The notes under the pieces: generated by a model
Told to the model about the DNA's origin: nothing
The model's input: only the letters and a program-made list of their open reading frames with translations
Database searches by the model: none
Source: Patescibacteria group bacterium
GTDB lineage: Bacteria; Patescibacteriota; Microgenomatia; Curtissbacterales; GWA2-41-24
DNA length: 60,124 nt
Reading direction: 5' to 3'
NCBI GenBank assembly: GCA_038063735.1
Contig: JBBTUN010000010.1
Span: 1-60,124, forward strand
Shown here: positions 1-8,353 of the stretch, in pieces
How the letters are laid out: every line of letters starts with the position of its first letter
Numbering within the stretch: the stretch's first letter is position 1
Position numbers and translations under genes: made by a program

Positions 1-261
1 GATCAAATAAAACAAAATACAAGGTTTTTGGCATCACCTATTAGGTTACGCAAATATTTCCCTGACAATTTAGTTTATGGGGAAACTTATGTCCCGATTA
101 AATTAAGACTTAAGGCTTATTTTTCAGGATTTTTAAAACAGCCGATTCTTGCCAGCTATATATTTATAGTAAATACTTATTGTCGCATTAAAGCAGTAAA
201 TGCTGAAAAAATATTAAACGCTAAATGGCCAATTGCCATTAGTACAAAGGCTTTAAAATGA
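1..261 (+). CDS. 3' end of an upstream gene (partial, product unknown)
   Basis: Frame 1 is open from base 1, with no stop before the TTG at 28. The stop TGA at 259-261 overlaps the next ATG (ATGA), so this is the tail of a translationally coupled gene. Confidence 0.4.
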   Translation, partial: DQIKQNTRFLASPIRLRKYFPDNLVYGETYVPIKLRLKAYFSGFLKQPILASYIFIVNTYCRIKAVNAEKILNAKWPIAISTKALK

Positions 262-1760
262 AAAAGTTATTATTTATCGTATTTATCAGTTTAGCAACGT
301 TTATTTTAGTAGTCCTTTCAGTAAAAGGACAGTTCGGTCATCCTGTTTACTTTCAATCAGAAAAAGACACAAGAGTAGGGGGGCCATTCGAATCAAGCAA
401 TAGTAACTCCAGATATGCACTAACAGAGGCAATTGTCGAGAGAGGCACCCTTTTTTTAGATGATTCGCTTGCTAAATTTTCTGCACCGGATATTGTCCAT
501 CACAATGGTAAATACTTCTCAATTTTTACCCCGGGTGTATCTTTCGTAGGTGTGCCATTTTATGCGTTAGGAAAAATTTTCGGTATGCCACAGTTATTTT
601 CGTACTCCATGAACGCACTATTTGGTTTAATCAATATGTTTTTAGTTGTTTGGCTGGCAAGAAAGTTTGGTGCAAGCTTCTATGCCTCCCTAATTAGTGG
701 ATTTTTATTCCTATTTGCGACCAACAGCCTTGCTTACGCCCTAACTTTTACACAACATCAACTAAGCACTACCTTAATCCTACTGGCATTGATTAACGCA
801 ATCGGTAAAAGAACGTTTATCAATAATATGTTGATTGGGCTAATTTTTTCTGCTGGCTTATTAGTTGATATACCAAATGTTCTGATGATGACACCGATCA
901 TGATCTACGTTTTTGTAAAACATTTTCAAAGTAACCCAGAGCAAAATAAATCAGCAAACTTTCCATTGAGACTTATTGTTCTCTCTGGCATCATTATAGG
1001 TATCGTTCCATTGTTTGCGCTTTTTGGTTGGTATAACTATCAAACAACAAGTTCTTATACTAAAATTGGGCAATTCATCGGAAGAGCAAATTATCCAGCC
1101 GATGAATTGGAAGTTCCTACCCCTAAAAATCCCAACAGAATACTATTGCCTTACGATACAAGGAAACAGCTTAACGGCCTATATATTTTGCTTTTGAGCA
1201 ATGAACGAGGTTGGTTATTTTATAGCCCGGTAATACTTGTTGGAATAATTGGTCTATATATCGCCTATCAAGATCAACAAAAAAGGCGGCTTGCGGTTTT
1301 ATCAACGTCAGTTGTTCTCATAACCATTATTTCTTACTCAATGTTCGGTGATCCGTGGGGAGGTTGGTCTTTTGGTCCAAGATATTTGATCCCAGCGGCT
1401 GCTATTTTGTCTTCTGCGATCGGAGTTGCTGTCGCCAAATATAAAAATAATATTTTGTTTGTATCAATTTTTATACTGCTTGCTGCTTATAGCTTAGCAA
1501 TTAGTTCTGTAGGTGCTTTAACAACTAGCGCTATTCCGCCAAGAGTTGAAGCAGTCAACTTAGCTAACCCAATTGCTTATACCTATGAATATAATTTTCA
1601 GTTTATAAATAACAATTTAACAAGTTCACTAATTTACAATCTTTATCTCTCGCAGATTTCGGTAAAAACATTCTTGTTCGTTTTTTACATCGTTTCAATT
1701 TTGGCATTTATAGTAATTTTAGTCTTTGAACTAGCAAATAAGAAAAAGGATGATCAATGA
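258..1760 (+). CDS. polytopic membrane glycosyltransferase, GT-C/ArnT-PMT-like (putative)
   Basis: 500 aa with about 12 hydrophobic spans. The N-terminal loop 'SRYALTEAIVERGTLFLDD...APDIVHHNGKYFS' is typical of lipid-carrier-dependent glycosyltransferases. ATGA overlaps at both ends. Confidence 0.5.
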   Translation: MKKLLFIVFISLATFILVVLSVKGQFGHPVYFQSEKDTRVGGPFESSNSNSRYALTEAIVERGTLFLDDSLAKFSAPDIVHHNGKYFSIFTPGVSFVGVPFYALGKIFGMPQLFSYSMNALFGLINMFLVVWLARKFGASFYASLISGFLFLFATNSLAYALTFTQHQLSTTLILLALINAIGKRTFINNMLIGLIFSAGLLVDIPNVLMMTPIMIYVFVKHFQSNPEQNKSANFPLRLIVLSGIIIGIVPLFALFGWYNYQTTSSYTKIGQFIGRANYPADELEVPTPKNPNRILLPYDTRKQLNGLYILLLSNERGWLFYSPVILVGIIGLYIAYQDQQKRRLAVLSTSVVLITIISYSMFGDPWGGWSFGPRYLIPAAAILSSAIGVAVAKYKNNILFVSIFILLAAYSLAISSVGALTTSAIPPRVEAVNLANPIAYTYEYNFQFINNNLTSSLIYNLYLSQISVKTFLFVFYIVSILAFIVILVFELANKKKDDQ

Positions 1761-3352
1761 TGGGAAGCGGCAAACTTGTCAATTTAGTCAAATATCTTGA
1801 TAGATACATACTTGTCTTGCTTACCGTTTTGCTTGTGGCAGTTTCGGCCTTGGCATTCTTAACTTTTTTTAACAATGGTTTGGGCCTTGCTTACAACGAT
1901 GCAAGGTCTCACTTGGATATTGGCAGGCGAGTTGTCGAAGGGCTTAAACCCGGCCTTGCCCAGTTGGGTTCTGTCTGGCTGCCTTTGCCTCACGCCTTGA
2001 TGGTCCCGACAATTTGGAATGATTTTATGTGGCATTCCGGCTTGTCTGGCGCCCTAATTTCTATGATTTCTTTTGTCGGAACCGGCCTTGTAATCTATCT
2101 TTTTCTTAAACTACTTGGTGTCGGACTTCTAGCAAGGTTAGTTGGAGTATTGGTTTTTGTTGCTAACCTTAATATTCTCTATTTGCAATCGACAGCCATG
2201 ACCGAGCTGCTTTTAATTTTCACCATGACTGCCGGAATTTATGAACTTGTGATGTGGCACAAAGATGAAAAGATTTTAAGTCTGGTAAAAGCTGCTTTTT
2301 GGATCATGATGGCAAGTTTGGTCCGCTACGACGGCTGGTTCCTATTGTTTTTTGCTGCCATTTTAATTATTTACCATACCGCAAGAAAAAGGGGTTTTAA
2401 GGCTGCCGAAGGTACGTTCATTTTATTTGCCACTCTTGCTGCATTTGGAATTGTCCTCTGGTTTGCCTGGAACCAGCTTATTTTTGGCGACGCCCTTTAT
2501 TTTGCTTTTGGACCTTATTCTGCCCGTGTTCAACAGGAACAACTGGCCCAGGCCGGGGTCTTGGCAACAAAAGGCGATATCTTCCTTTCTGCCAAAGTCT
2601 ATCTTTATGCTCTTCTTTACAACACCGGCGCTTTTACTGCCATTTTAGGAGTATTGGGAATGATTGTTTTTTGGCTCAACAAAAAAATAAACTCAAGTGT
2701 GCGTATTGCCAGTACGGCCCTTTTGGCGCCTTTTCTTTTTAATATTCTCGCGCTTTTTTTGGGCCATTCCGTCCTTTTTATCCAGGGAATTTCCGGCGAA
2801 ACCTGGTTTAATGTACGCTATGGTGTGATGATGCTGCCCACCATTGCCATCTTTGTAGGTTATTTGGTGCACAAGCTAGTTCCACTAAGATCCACAATCA
2901 TTGGCCTCTTTCTTTTTGTAACATTCTTTGCCTTTGCCAATGTCGATGCCGTAACCATTGATGATGCCAGGGTTGGTTCCAGCCAAAAAAATGTTGCCGA
3001 GGTTTCCGGTTGGCTTACCAAACATGCAAAAGACGAAAAAGGCTTTGTTCTCATTTCCGCAGCCTCCCATGATGCCATTATTTTTTCATCCGGTCTGCCG
3101 ATGAAAAGATTTATTCACGAAGGAACAGGTGCCTATTGGCAAAACGCAACTACCAGTCCAGACCGTTGGGCGCGCTGGATTGTTATGCGCACTAATGACC
3201 TTGGTGATTCAACCTTTAAACTAACTCAGGCGTCCGGTCAGCTGGAAAAATACGATCTGGTTAACAGTTATCCGTTTGCCGACATTTATCAACTTAAGAG
3301 TGAGTACCTAATAAATCTAAATACTGAACCGGTTTTGGGAAAACAAAAATGA
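1757..3352 (+). CDS. polytopic membrane glycosyltransferase, GT-C-like (putative), second copy
   Basis: 531 aa with many TM helices followed by a C-terminal soluble domain. The early loop 'NDARSHLDIGRRVVEGLKPGLAQLGSVWLPLPH' is present. ATGA overlaps with both neighbours. Confidence 0.45.
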   Translation: MMGSGKLVNLVKYLDRYILVLLTVLLVAVSALAFLTFFNNGLGLAYNDARSHLDIGRRVVEGLKPGLAQLGSVWLPLPHALMVPTIWNDFMWHSGLSGALISMISFVGTGLVIYLFLKLLGVGLLARLVGVLVFVANLNILYLQSTAMTELLLIFTMTAGIYELVMWHKDEKILSLVKAAFWIMMASLVRYDGWFLLFFAAILIIYHTARKRGFKAAEGTFILFATLAAFGIVLWFAWNQLIFGDALYFAFGPYSARVQQEQLAQAGVLATKGDIFLSAKVYLYALLYNTGAFTAILGVLGMIVFWLNKKINSSVRIASTALLAPFLFNILALFLGHSVLFIQGISGETWFNVRYGVMMLPTIAIFVGYLVHKLVPLRSTIIGLFLFVTFFAFANVDAVTIDDARVGSSQKNVAEVSGWLTKHAKDEKGFVLISAASHDAIIFSSGLPMKRFIHEGTGAYWQNATTSPDRWARWIVMRTNDLGDSTFKLTQASGQLEKYDLVNSYPFADIYQLKSEYLINLNTEPVLGKQK

Positions 3353-4350
3353 CAAAAAAGATTATCCTCTTGATAGTAGTGATCATTGGAATTTTTTCCA
3401 TCGCCGTAAGTTACCGGCAAAAAAAGACCTCAACAGAAACCCCTGAAGTGGAGAAGAGAGTGTGGCAGATAAAATCCATAGACACTATGAAATATTCCCG
3501 TGACCCAGCAGGGGAAAAACTAAATGATCCTACTTTTGACCGAGCTATCGAGGGGCAAGTCAAGGCAATTTCTCAAACTGGTGCCACCCATGTTGCTATA
3601 GGGACTCCCTACGACGAAAGGTTTATTCCCTTTTTAAACCGGTGGGTTACTGCTGCCAGAAAGTACAATCTAAAAGTTTGGTTCCGTGGCAATTTTTCCG
3701 GGTGGGAAGGCTGGTTTGGTTACAAAAAAGATTTAACCCGCGAAGGACATTTAGCCCTGATGCGCCAGTTTATTAATAGAAACGGAGAACTTTTCCAAAA
3801 CGGCGACCTTTTTACTCCTTGTCCGGAATGCGAAAATGGAGGCGCTGGTGATCCAAGACATAAAGGTGATGTTGAGGGATTTCGCGTCTTTATGATTGAG
3901 GAATTTCAAAGTGCGAACACCGAATTTAGAATTATCGGCAAAAATGTCAGAACAGTTAGTTCAATGAACTTTGATGTCGCAAATCTTGTAATGGACGAGC
4001 AAACCGCCAATGCCGTTGGCGATATGGTTGTTATCGACCATTATGTCAAAGAGCCTCAAAAGTTGGCAGACGATATAAGGACTTTAAGCCAGAAAACTCA
4101 AGCCAGAATTATGCTTGGAGAGTTTGGCGCCCCAATTCCGGATATCCACGGCAAGCAAACAGAAGAGGAGCAGGCTGGGTGGTTAGACGAGTTATTAAAT
4201 CTAATCCAAAGCCAAGAGGAAGTCATAGGGTTAAACTATTGGGTAGGATTTGGTGGCTCAACTGCTATTTTTAACAACGACTACAGCGCAAAACCCGCAG
4301 CCGAAATTGTCAAAAAATATTATACCCTCCCGGCACTCCCAAACCCATAA
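3349..4350 (+). CDS. membrane-anchored extracytoplasmic protein, possibly a TIM-barrel glycoside hydrolase
   Basis: 333 aa with an N-terminal TM anchor. It has alternating beta/alpha-like segments with conserved acidic residues (ENGG...; LGEFGAP). It is coupled to the two GT-C genes. The function is not secure. Confidence 0.3.
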   Translation: MTKKIILLIVVIIGIFSIAVSYRQKKTSTETPEVEKRVWQIKSIDTMKYSRDPAGEKLNDPTFDRAIEGQVKAISQTGATHVAIGTPYDERFIPFLNRWVTAARKYNLKVWFRGNFSGWEGWFGYKKDLTREGHLALMRQFINRNGELFQNGDLFTPCPECENGGAGDPRHKGDVEGFRVFMIEEFQSANTEFRIIGKNVRTVSSMNFDVANLVMDEQTANAVGDMVVIDHYVKEPQKLADDIRTLSQKTQARIMLGEFGAPIPDIHGKQTEEEQAGWLDELLNLIQSQEEVIGLNYWVGFGGSTAIFNNDYSAKPAAEIVKKYYTLPALPNP

Positions 4351-4385
4351 CACATTTATATAGCATTCAAATAAGATTGATCTGT

Positions 4386-4535
4386 GAGCTTGCTGAAAAC
4401 TTACCGTTTTCTGTCATTCCGAACTCGTTTCGGAATCTGATAATAGATCCTGAACCATGTTCAGGATGACAAATAGTTGGTTTGTTGCAATAACGTTTCC
4501 CTGTAAATTCGAAGCTGATAGATTTTCAGCAAGCT
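4386..4535. repeat. nested palindromic element (REP/MITE-like or structured RNA)
   Basis: Outer arms agcttgctgaaaa (4387-4399) and ttttcagcaagct (4523-4535) enclose two perfect hairpins: attccgaa/ttcggaat (4416-4436) and atcctgaac/gttcaggat (4447-4467). Confidence 0.55.
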
Positions 4536-4548
4536 TTACTGTATTAAC

Positions 4549-4577
4549 TTGACAGGCTCATAACAATATGTTATAAC
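4549..4577 (+). promoter_or_regulatory. sigma70-like promoter (TTGACA, 17 nt spacer, TATAAC)
   Basis: TTGACA at 4549-4554 and TATAAC at 4572-4577, about 38 nt upstream of the ATG at 4615. Confidence 0.5.
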
Positions 4578-4614
4578 ATATCCCTTCTGCCTGGATATTT
4601 CTTGCCCCAACATA

Positions 4615-5517
4615 ATGAACAAAAGAAAGTTTAAATTGTTTTTACCCGCTTTGGCAGGAATTCTTCTGTTTATTTTTCTTGCGTCAAGTGTGAACATTCC
4701 GGTTTTTGCAAATGAAGCGTCCCCTTCGGCTGCGACATCTTTGGGGTCAATTACCGTTTGCAAGGTAGTTGTGGGTGAAGATGGCAATATAGTTGATGGT
4801 TCCGCTAGTCCCGGCACTACTTTTTCTATTTCTGGAATCAACCCGTCTCCCAATTCCGGCGGTGCATCGGTAGGTGTAATTGGAACCTCAGTATTTACAT
4901 CGCCACTTATATTTAATAAAGATATATTCGCATCTTTTTTGGGAAATGATGCCCAGTGCACGACTTATTCTGGTCTTGCCATTGGTGCTTACTACTATGG
5001 TGAGGAATCTATAGTCCCCGCAAGCGGTTGGGAAGAGCCCAAATACAACGATCAATTTACCACACCGGTAGTGACACTCTCGGATTTTTTCGCATATGAC
5101 AATAATCTATTCGATGGCAACACGTTAAATGACGACTTACGAAATCGGAATGCAGATGGCCACATAGTACTCAACGACCAGAGGCCAGACAGAACCCTGA
5201 TTGTTCTAAATCAATTTGAAGAGGACGGTGCTAATACCGGTGACCCAAGCCCATCACCATCACCAACACCAAGCCCAACACCTGGACCATCAACCCAACC
5301 GTCGCCTACATCTGCACCAAGTCCGTCAACAGGCGGATCTGGTAACACCAATAGCAATAGTTCAGGCGGTGGCACAGTTTTGGGTACATCAACAGGACCA
5401 CAAGTTTTGGCAGCAACCGGGAGTTCTAACTCGTTTGCTTTGGCAATATCGGGATTTGGTATGATTGGGGCAGGAATATGGCAGTTAAAAAGGGTAAAGG
5501 GCCTAGGGTCAAGGTAA
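4615..5517 (+). CDS. sortase-anchored surface protein (LAXTG-type sorting signal)
   Basis: Signal peptide (MNKRKFKLFLPALAGILLFIFLASSVNIPVFA) and a Pro/Ser/Thr linker. The C-terminus is 'LAATG' followed by a hydrophobic stretch and then 'KRVKGLGSR'. A sortase gene lies immediately downstream. Confidence 0.75.
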   Translation: MNKRKFKLFLPALAGILLFIFLASSVNIPVFANEASPSAATSLGSITVCKVVVGEDGNIVDGSASPGTTFSISGINPSPNSGGASVGVIGTSVFTSPLIFNKDIFASFLGNDAQCTTYSGLAIGAYYYGEESIVPASGWEEPKYNDQFTTPVVTLSDFFAYDNNLFDGNTLNDDLRNRNADGHIVLNDQRPDRTLIVLNQFEEDGANTGDPSPSPSPTPSPTPGPSTQPSPTSAPSPSTGGSGNTNSNSSGGGTVLGTSTGPQVLAATGSSNSFALAISGFGMIGAGIWQLKRVKGLGSR

Positions 5518-6113
5518 AAAGTAGGAATCGAAGAGTTCACAGTTCACAGTTGACAGTTCACGGTTTCAGAGCAAAACTTCAGTTTGTTTTTTCCATTTTT
5601 TTGATTTTGCTGGGGGTGGTACTGGTTGGTTACGCGGCGAGTAAAAACTTTGATTTTAATATCCAGCGGTCTAACAATCCGACAACTCAACAACCTGTTA
5701 CAACCAGGACTCAGTTTAGCAAAATAAAATCAATAAGTATTCCTAAGATAGAGCGCGATTTGGCAGTTTCCGACGGCAAGTTTGAAAATGGTAGGTGGGA
5801 AGTTGCTGCGGAAGGAGTGTCTTTTTATACACAATCTGCTTTGCCTGAAGCTGGTGGCAATACGGTTTTGTATGGGCACAACAAGGCGCGAATTTTGGGA
5901 GGACTTGTAGATATGAGGAAAGGTGACATGATCGAATTGAGACTTGAGAATGGAGAATTAAGAAATTATGAGGTCACCGAAACAAAAACGATAAAACCAA
6001 CAGACGTTAGTATATTGAGTACATCTACCGATACAATTTTAACAATTTACACTTGTAGTGGATTTTTGGACACTTCGAGGTTTGTAGTGTTGGCAAAACT
6101 AGTAGTAGAGTGA
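5478..6113 (+). CDS. sortase (transpeptidase)
   Basis: Motifs 'NTVLYGHN', 'ILTIYTCSG' (TLxTC) and 'SRFVV', plus an N-terminal TM helix. The start is uncertain because the first ~30 codons run through an AGTTCAC heptamer array and overlap the upstream gene by 40 nt. Confidence 0.8.
   Translation: MAVKKGKGPRVKVKSRNRRVHSSQLTVHGFRAKLQFVFSIFLILLGVVLVGYAASKNFDFNIQRSNNPTTQQPVTTRTQFSKIKSISIPKIERDLAVSDGKFENGRWEVAAEGVSFYTQSALPEAGGNTVLYGHNKARILGGLVDMRKGDMIELRLENGELRNYEVTETKTIKPTDVSILSTSTDTILTIYTCSGFLDTSRFVVLAKLVVE
5534..5568 (+). repeat. heptamer array (AGTTCAC AGTTCAC AGTTGAC AGTTCAC GGTTTCA)
   Basis: Direct reading of 5534-5568. It lies inside the annotated 5' end of the sortase ORF. Confidence 0.9.
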
Positions 6114-6173
6114 TGGAAAAATAACCCATAAAAGTTCAATTGGCCTCAGTCAAATTTCTTAACAAAAAATTGC

Positions 6174-6202
6174 TTGACATTATTTTCGATAAGGAATATA
6201 TT
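6174..6202 (+). promoter_or_regulatory. sigma70-like promoter (TTGACA, 17 nt spacer, TATATT)
   Basis: TTGACA at 6174-6179 and TATATT at 6197-6202, upstream of the ATG at 6242. Confidence 0.45.
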
Positions 6203-6241
6203 CACGTTGTTTCGTAGTTGCCTGCCCGGTAGTTAATTATT

Positions 6242-6499
6242 ATGAACCAACCGGATCAGGACTTTTCGACTCAAAAAATTACACCCCAGCTCATCTCAAG
6301 GATCATAGATGCTCTTCATAACAAAGCTTATGGTTCTATAGAAATTTACGTTGAGAATTATAATGTTATACAAATAACAGAAAGAACCATAACCAAGCTC
6401 GCCAAAAAAGTTGAACCCAGAAAGTTTTCGATATCTGTAACCAGAAATGCGCCACCGCAGATACAAGGGCAACAGCAGAGTTCGGCACGGGTTGAATAG
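6242..6499 (+). CDS. small YezD/DUF2292-like protein
   Basis: 85 aa. 'YGSIEIYVENYNVIQITERTITKL' matches the YezD-type motif (GS-[IV]-x-[IV]-x-[IV]-x-x-G-x-[IV]-x-x-[IV]-E). Confidence 0.5.
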   Translation: MNQPDQDFSTQKITPQLISRIIDALHNKAYGSIEIYVENYNVIQITERTITKLAKKVEPRKFSISVTRNAPPQIQGQQQSSARVE

Positions 6500-6527
6500 G
6501 GCAAAGAGAACTGAAATTTATCCTGAG

Positions 6528-7148
6528 ATGCAAAAAAAATTACTGCCGATCATTCTGATAATATTACCTTTAGTATTTTTTGTTCCAGTTGTTTTTGCTT
6601 CTTCTTTGCAGGTTTCCAAGAGCTCCGGTTTTTCCAGTAGTGATACGAATTTCAATGCCGGGGAAAAAGTGTACACCAGAACAGCAAGCGATAGTTCCGG
6701 CAACGGTAAAAAGGTCCTGAATATACGGGATAATCAATATAACTTAATAAGGAGCGTGGACCTGGTTCAAGCCGGTAACAATTTTTCTGCAAACTTCGAT
6801 GCGCCGAGTTCTGAAGGATATTACTCGCTCGAGGCGGTAATAGAAGGAGAGGGCGCCAGTTCCAAAAGTGTGAAGACAATAAAAGTTGGAGGTCCAAGTG
6901 GCGCCAATATTAAGGTAAACGTAAATAGCAATGTGAAGGGGACGAGTGTATCAAATGTATCAGATGTACCAAAAGTATCGAAAGCGGAGTCAGATAATGA
7001 TAAAGATGTCCAGGCAAATACCGTAAGCCCGGCTCCGGAAGTATATAGCAGCCAAAGCAGTTTGACCGGTGAGATAAAGCCCGCGAAAAGCAATTGGTTT
7101 TTCAAATTTTTTACCAATATCTTTTCTTTCTTCTGGCCCTTCAAGTAA
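6528..7148 (+). CDS. secreted/surface protein, unknown function
   Basis: The internal ATG at 6528 gives a classical signal peptide, MQKKLLPIILIILPLVFFVPVVFASS. The longer ORF from 6447 would overlap the previous gene. Confidence 0.55.
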   Translation: MQKKLLPIILIILPLVFFVPVVFASSLQVSKSSGFSSSDTNFNAGEKVYTRTASDSSGNGKKVLNIRDNQYNLIRSVDLVQAGNNFSANFDAPSSEGYYSLEAVIEGEGASSKSVKTIKVGGPSGANIKVNVNSNVKGTSVSNVSDVPKVSKAESDNDKDVQANTVSPAPEVYSSQSSLTGEIKPAKSNWFFKFFTNIFSFFWPFK

Positions 7149-7230
7149 TTTTAAATTTTAAATTTGTAATTTATTACCTGTGATAATTTAATCTTCTAAT
7201 TTATCCTTTTGATACATTAAAGTAGAGGTC

Positions 7231-7258
7231 TTGACAAAAAAAACATGGTGTTTATAAT
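7231..7258 (+). promoter_or_regulatory. sigma70-like promoter (TTGACA, 16 nt spacer, TATAAT)
   Basis: TTGACA at 7231-7236 and TATAAT at 7253-7258, upstream of the ATG at 7304. Confidence 0.55.
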
Positions 7259-7303
7259 AGCCGAACTGCCTGTGCTTCTGCCTAAATTCTTGCCCAGAGA
7301 TTA

Positions 7304-8143
7304 ATGATTGAAACTCAAACGGACAAACCGAGCGTGACATTTACGATTCCTTCCTGGATCTTGGCAATTGGAAAATTTGTTGATTATGCTGCTAAGACTG
7401 CCTCTCTCGGTACAAAAGCTGCGGTTGAGGGAATCAGGGGCGCAGGACAATCTGACAGGGAGGGGACCGATGAGACAAAACCCGTGGAAGATAAAGCAAC
7501 GCCCCCCAGGAAATTTAATTTTCATTTTAAAAAAGTTAACTTTAATTTCTTGAAAAAGTTAAGGCTGGAAAAAATTAAAGGAATTAAAGCACCATTTAAA
7601 AAACACCCAAAAATTGCAATAGCAGTTTTGGTGTTTATTTTGGCGGTAGTGTTTGCCACATTCAAAATTGCAAAGCCCAGCCAATCCGTTAGCAACAGTA
7701 TAGACAGTATAACTTCCGGTATTAATTCATTGGCAAAAGTAAATGTAAATAGAAAGTTCGAAGTACCTATAAAAAACAAGGACGGTTCGGAAACGGGAGA
7801 GAAGTTGGGGATTACAATAACTACCATTGAAAAGACTAACGAGATTCTAATTAAGAACAGTCCGGCAAAAACAAAAAACGGAAAGATTTTCTTGGTCCTT
7901 AATATAGAGATCCAGAATGACACCAAAAAACAATTAACTGTAAGGCCTGTGGATATGGTTAGGCTTATAGGTGACGACGGGCGTAGTTATGCTCCGGACG
8001 TTCACAATAACGAAGTTTCGGCTGAACCAGTATCGCTGAGAAAAACCAGAGTTGGATATGTTGTTGACGGAAGCAAAAATAGCTTCAAACTTTTGGTGGG
8101 TGAGGTTAGGGGACAGCAGGAACCGATCGAAGTTAGTTTTTAG
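7304..8143 (+). CDS. membrane-anchored protein with a DUF4352-like C-terminal beta domain
   Basis: Central TM helix (IAIAVLVFILAVVFATF). The C-terminal 'KIFLVLNIEIQNDTKKQLTVRPVDMVRLIGDDGRSYAP' resembles DUF4352. Confidence 0.45.
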   Translation: MIETQTDKPSVTFTIPSWILAIGKFVDYAAKTASLGTKAAVEGIRGAGQSDREGTDETKPVEDKATPPRKFNFHFKKVNFNFLKKLRLEKIKGIKAPFKKHPKIAIAVLVFILAVVFATFKIAKPSQSVSNSIDSITSGINSLAKVNVNRKFEVPIKNKDGSETGEKLGITITTIEKTNEILIKNSPAKTKNGKIFLVLNIEIQNDTKKQLTVRPVDMVRLIGDDGRSYAPDVHNNEVSAEPVSLRKTRVGYVVDGSKNSFKLLVGEVRGQQEPIEVSF

Positions 8144-8147
8144 TTGA

Positions 8148-8176
8148 TTGACAAAGTAGTTTTTTGTCTGTAGACT
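8148..8176 (+). promoter_or_regulatory. candidate promoter (TTGACA, 17 nt spacer, TAGACT)
   Basis: TTGACA at 8148-8153 and TAGACT at 8171-8176. Confidence 0.35.
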
Positions 8177-8258
8177 AATTTTTAAGTTAACTGTCCGCAG
8201 GCTGGAGCTGTATAAAGTAAAGATTCTGCCCAAAACAAAATAGAATATAACCGACCGC

Positions 8259-8310
8259 AAACGGAGGTTCGTTTCTAAGTTATAAAACTTAGTGATGAAC
8301 CTCCGTTTTT
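8259..8310 (+). terminator. intrinsic-terminator-like hairpin in the leader of the repeat-protein gene
   Basis: The perfect 12-bp arms aaacggaggttc (8259-8270) and gaacctccgttt (8297-8308) enclose an inner ctaagt/acttag stem. A T-run ends at 8310, 44 nt before the ATG at 8354. Confidence 0.55.
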
Positions 8311-8353
8311 GTATAAGAAAAACGGGAAAAGTATGAAAGGAGGTGAAAAAAAT

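Noticed and set aside
6447-6527. The N-terminal 27 codons of the 6447-7148 ORF.
   Set aside because: They overlap the end of the YezD-like gene and encode an Arg/His-rich non-signal sequence. The ATG at 6528 yields a textbook signal peptide.
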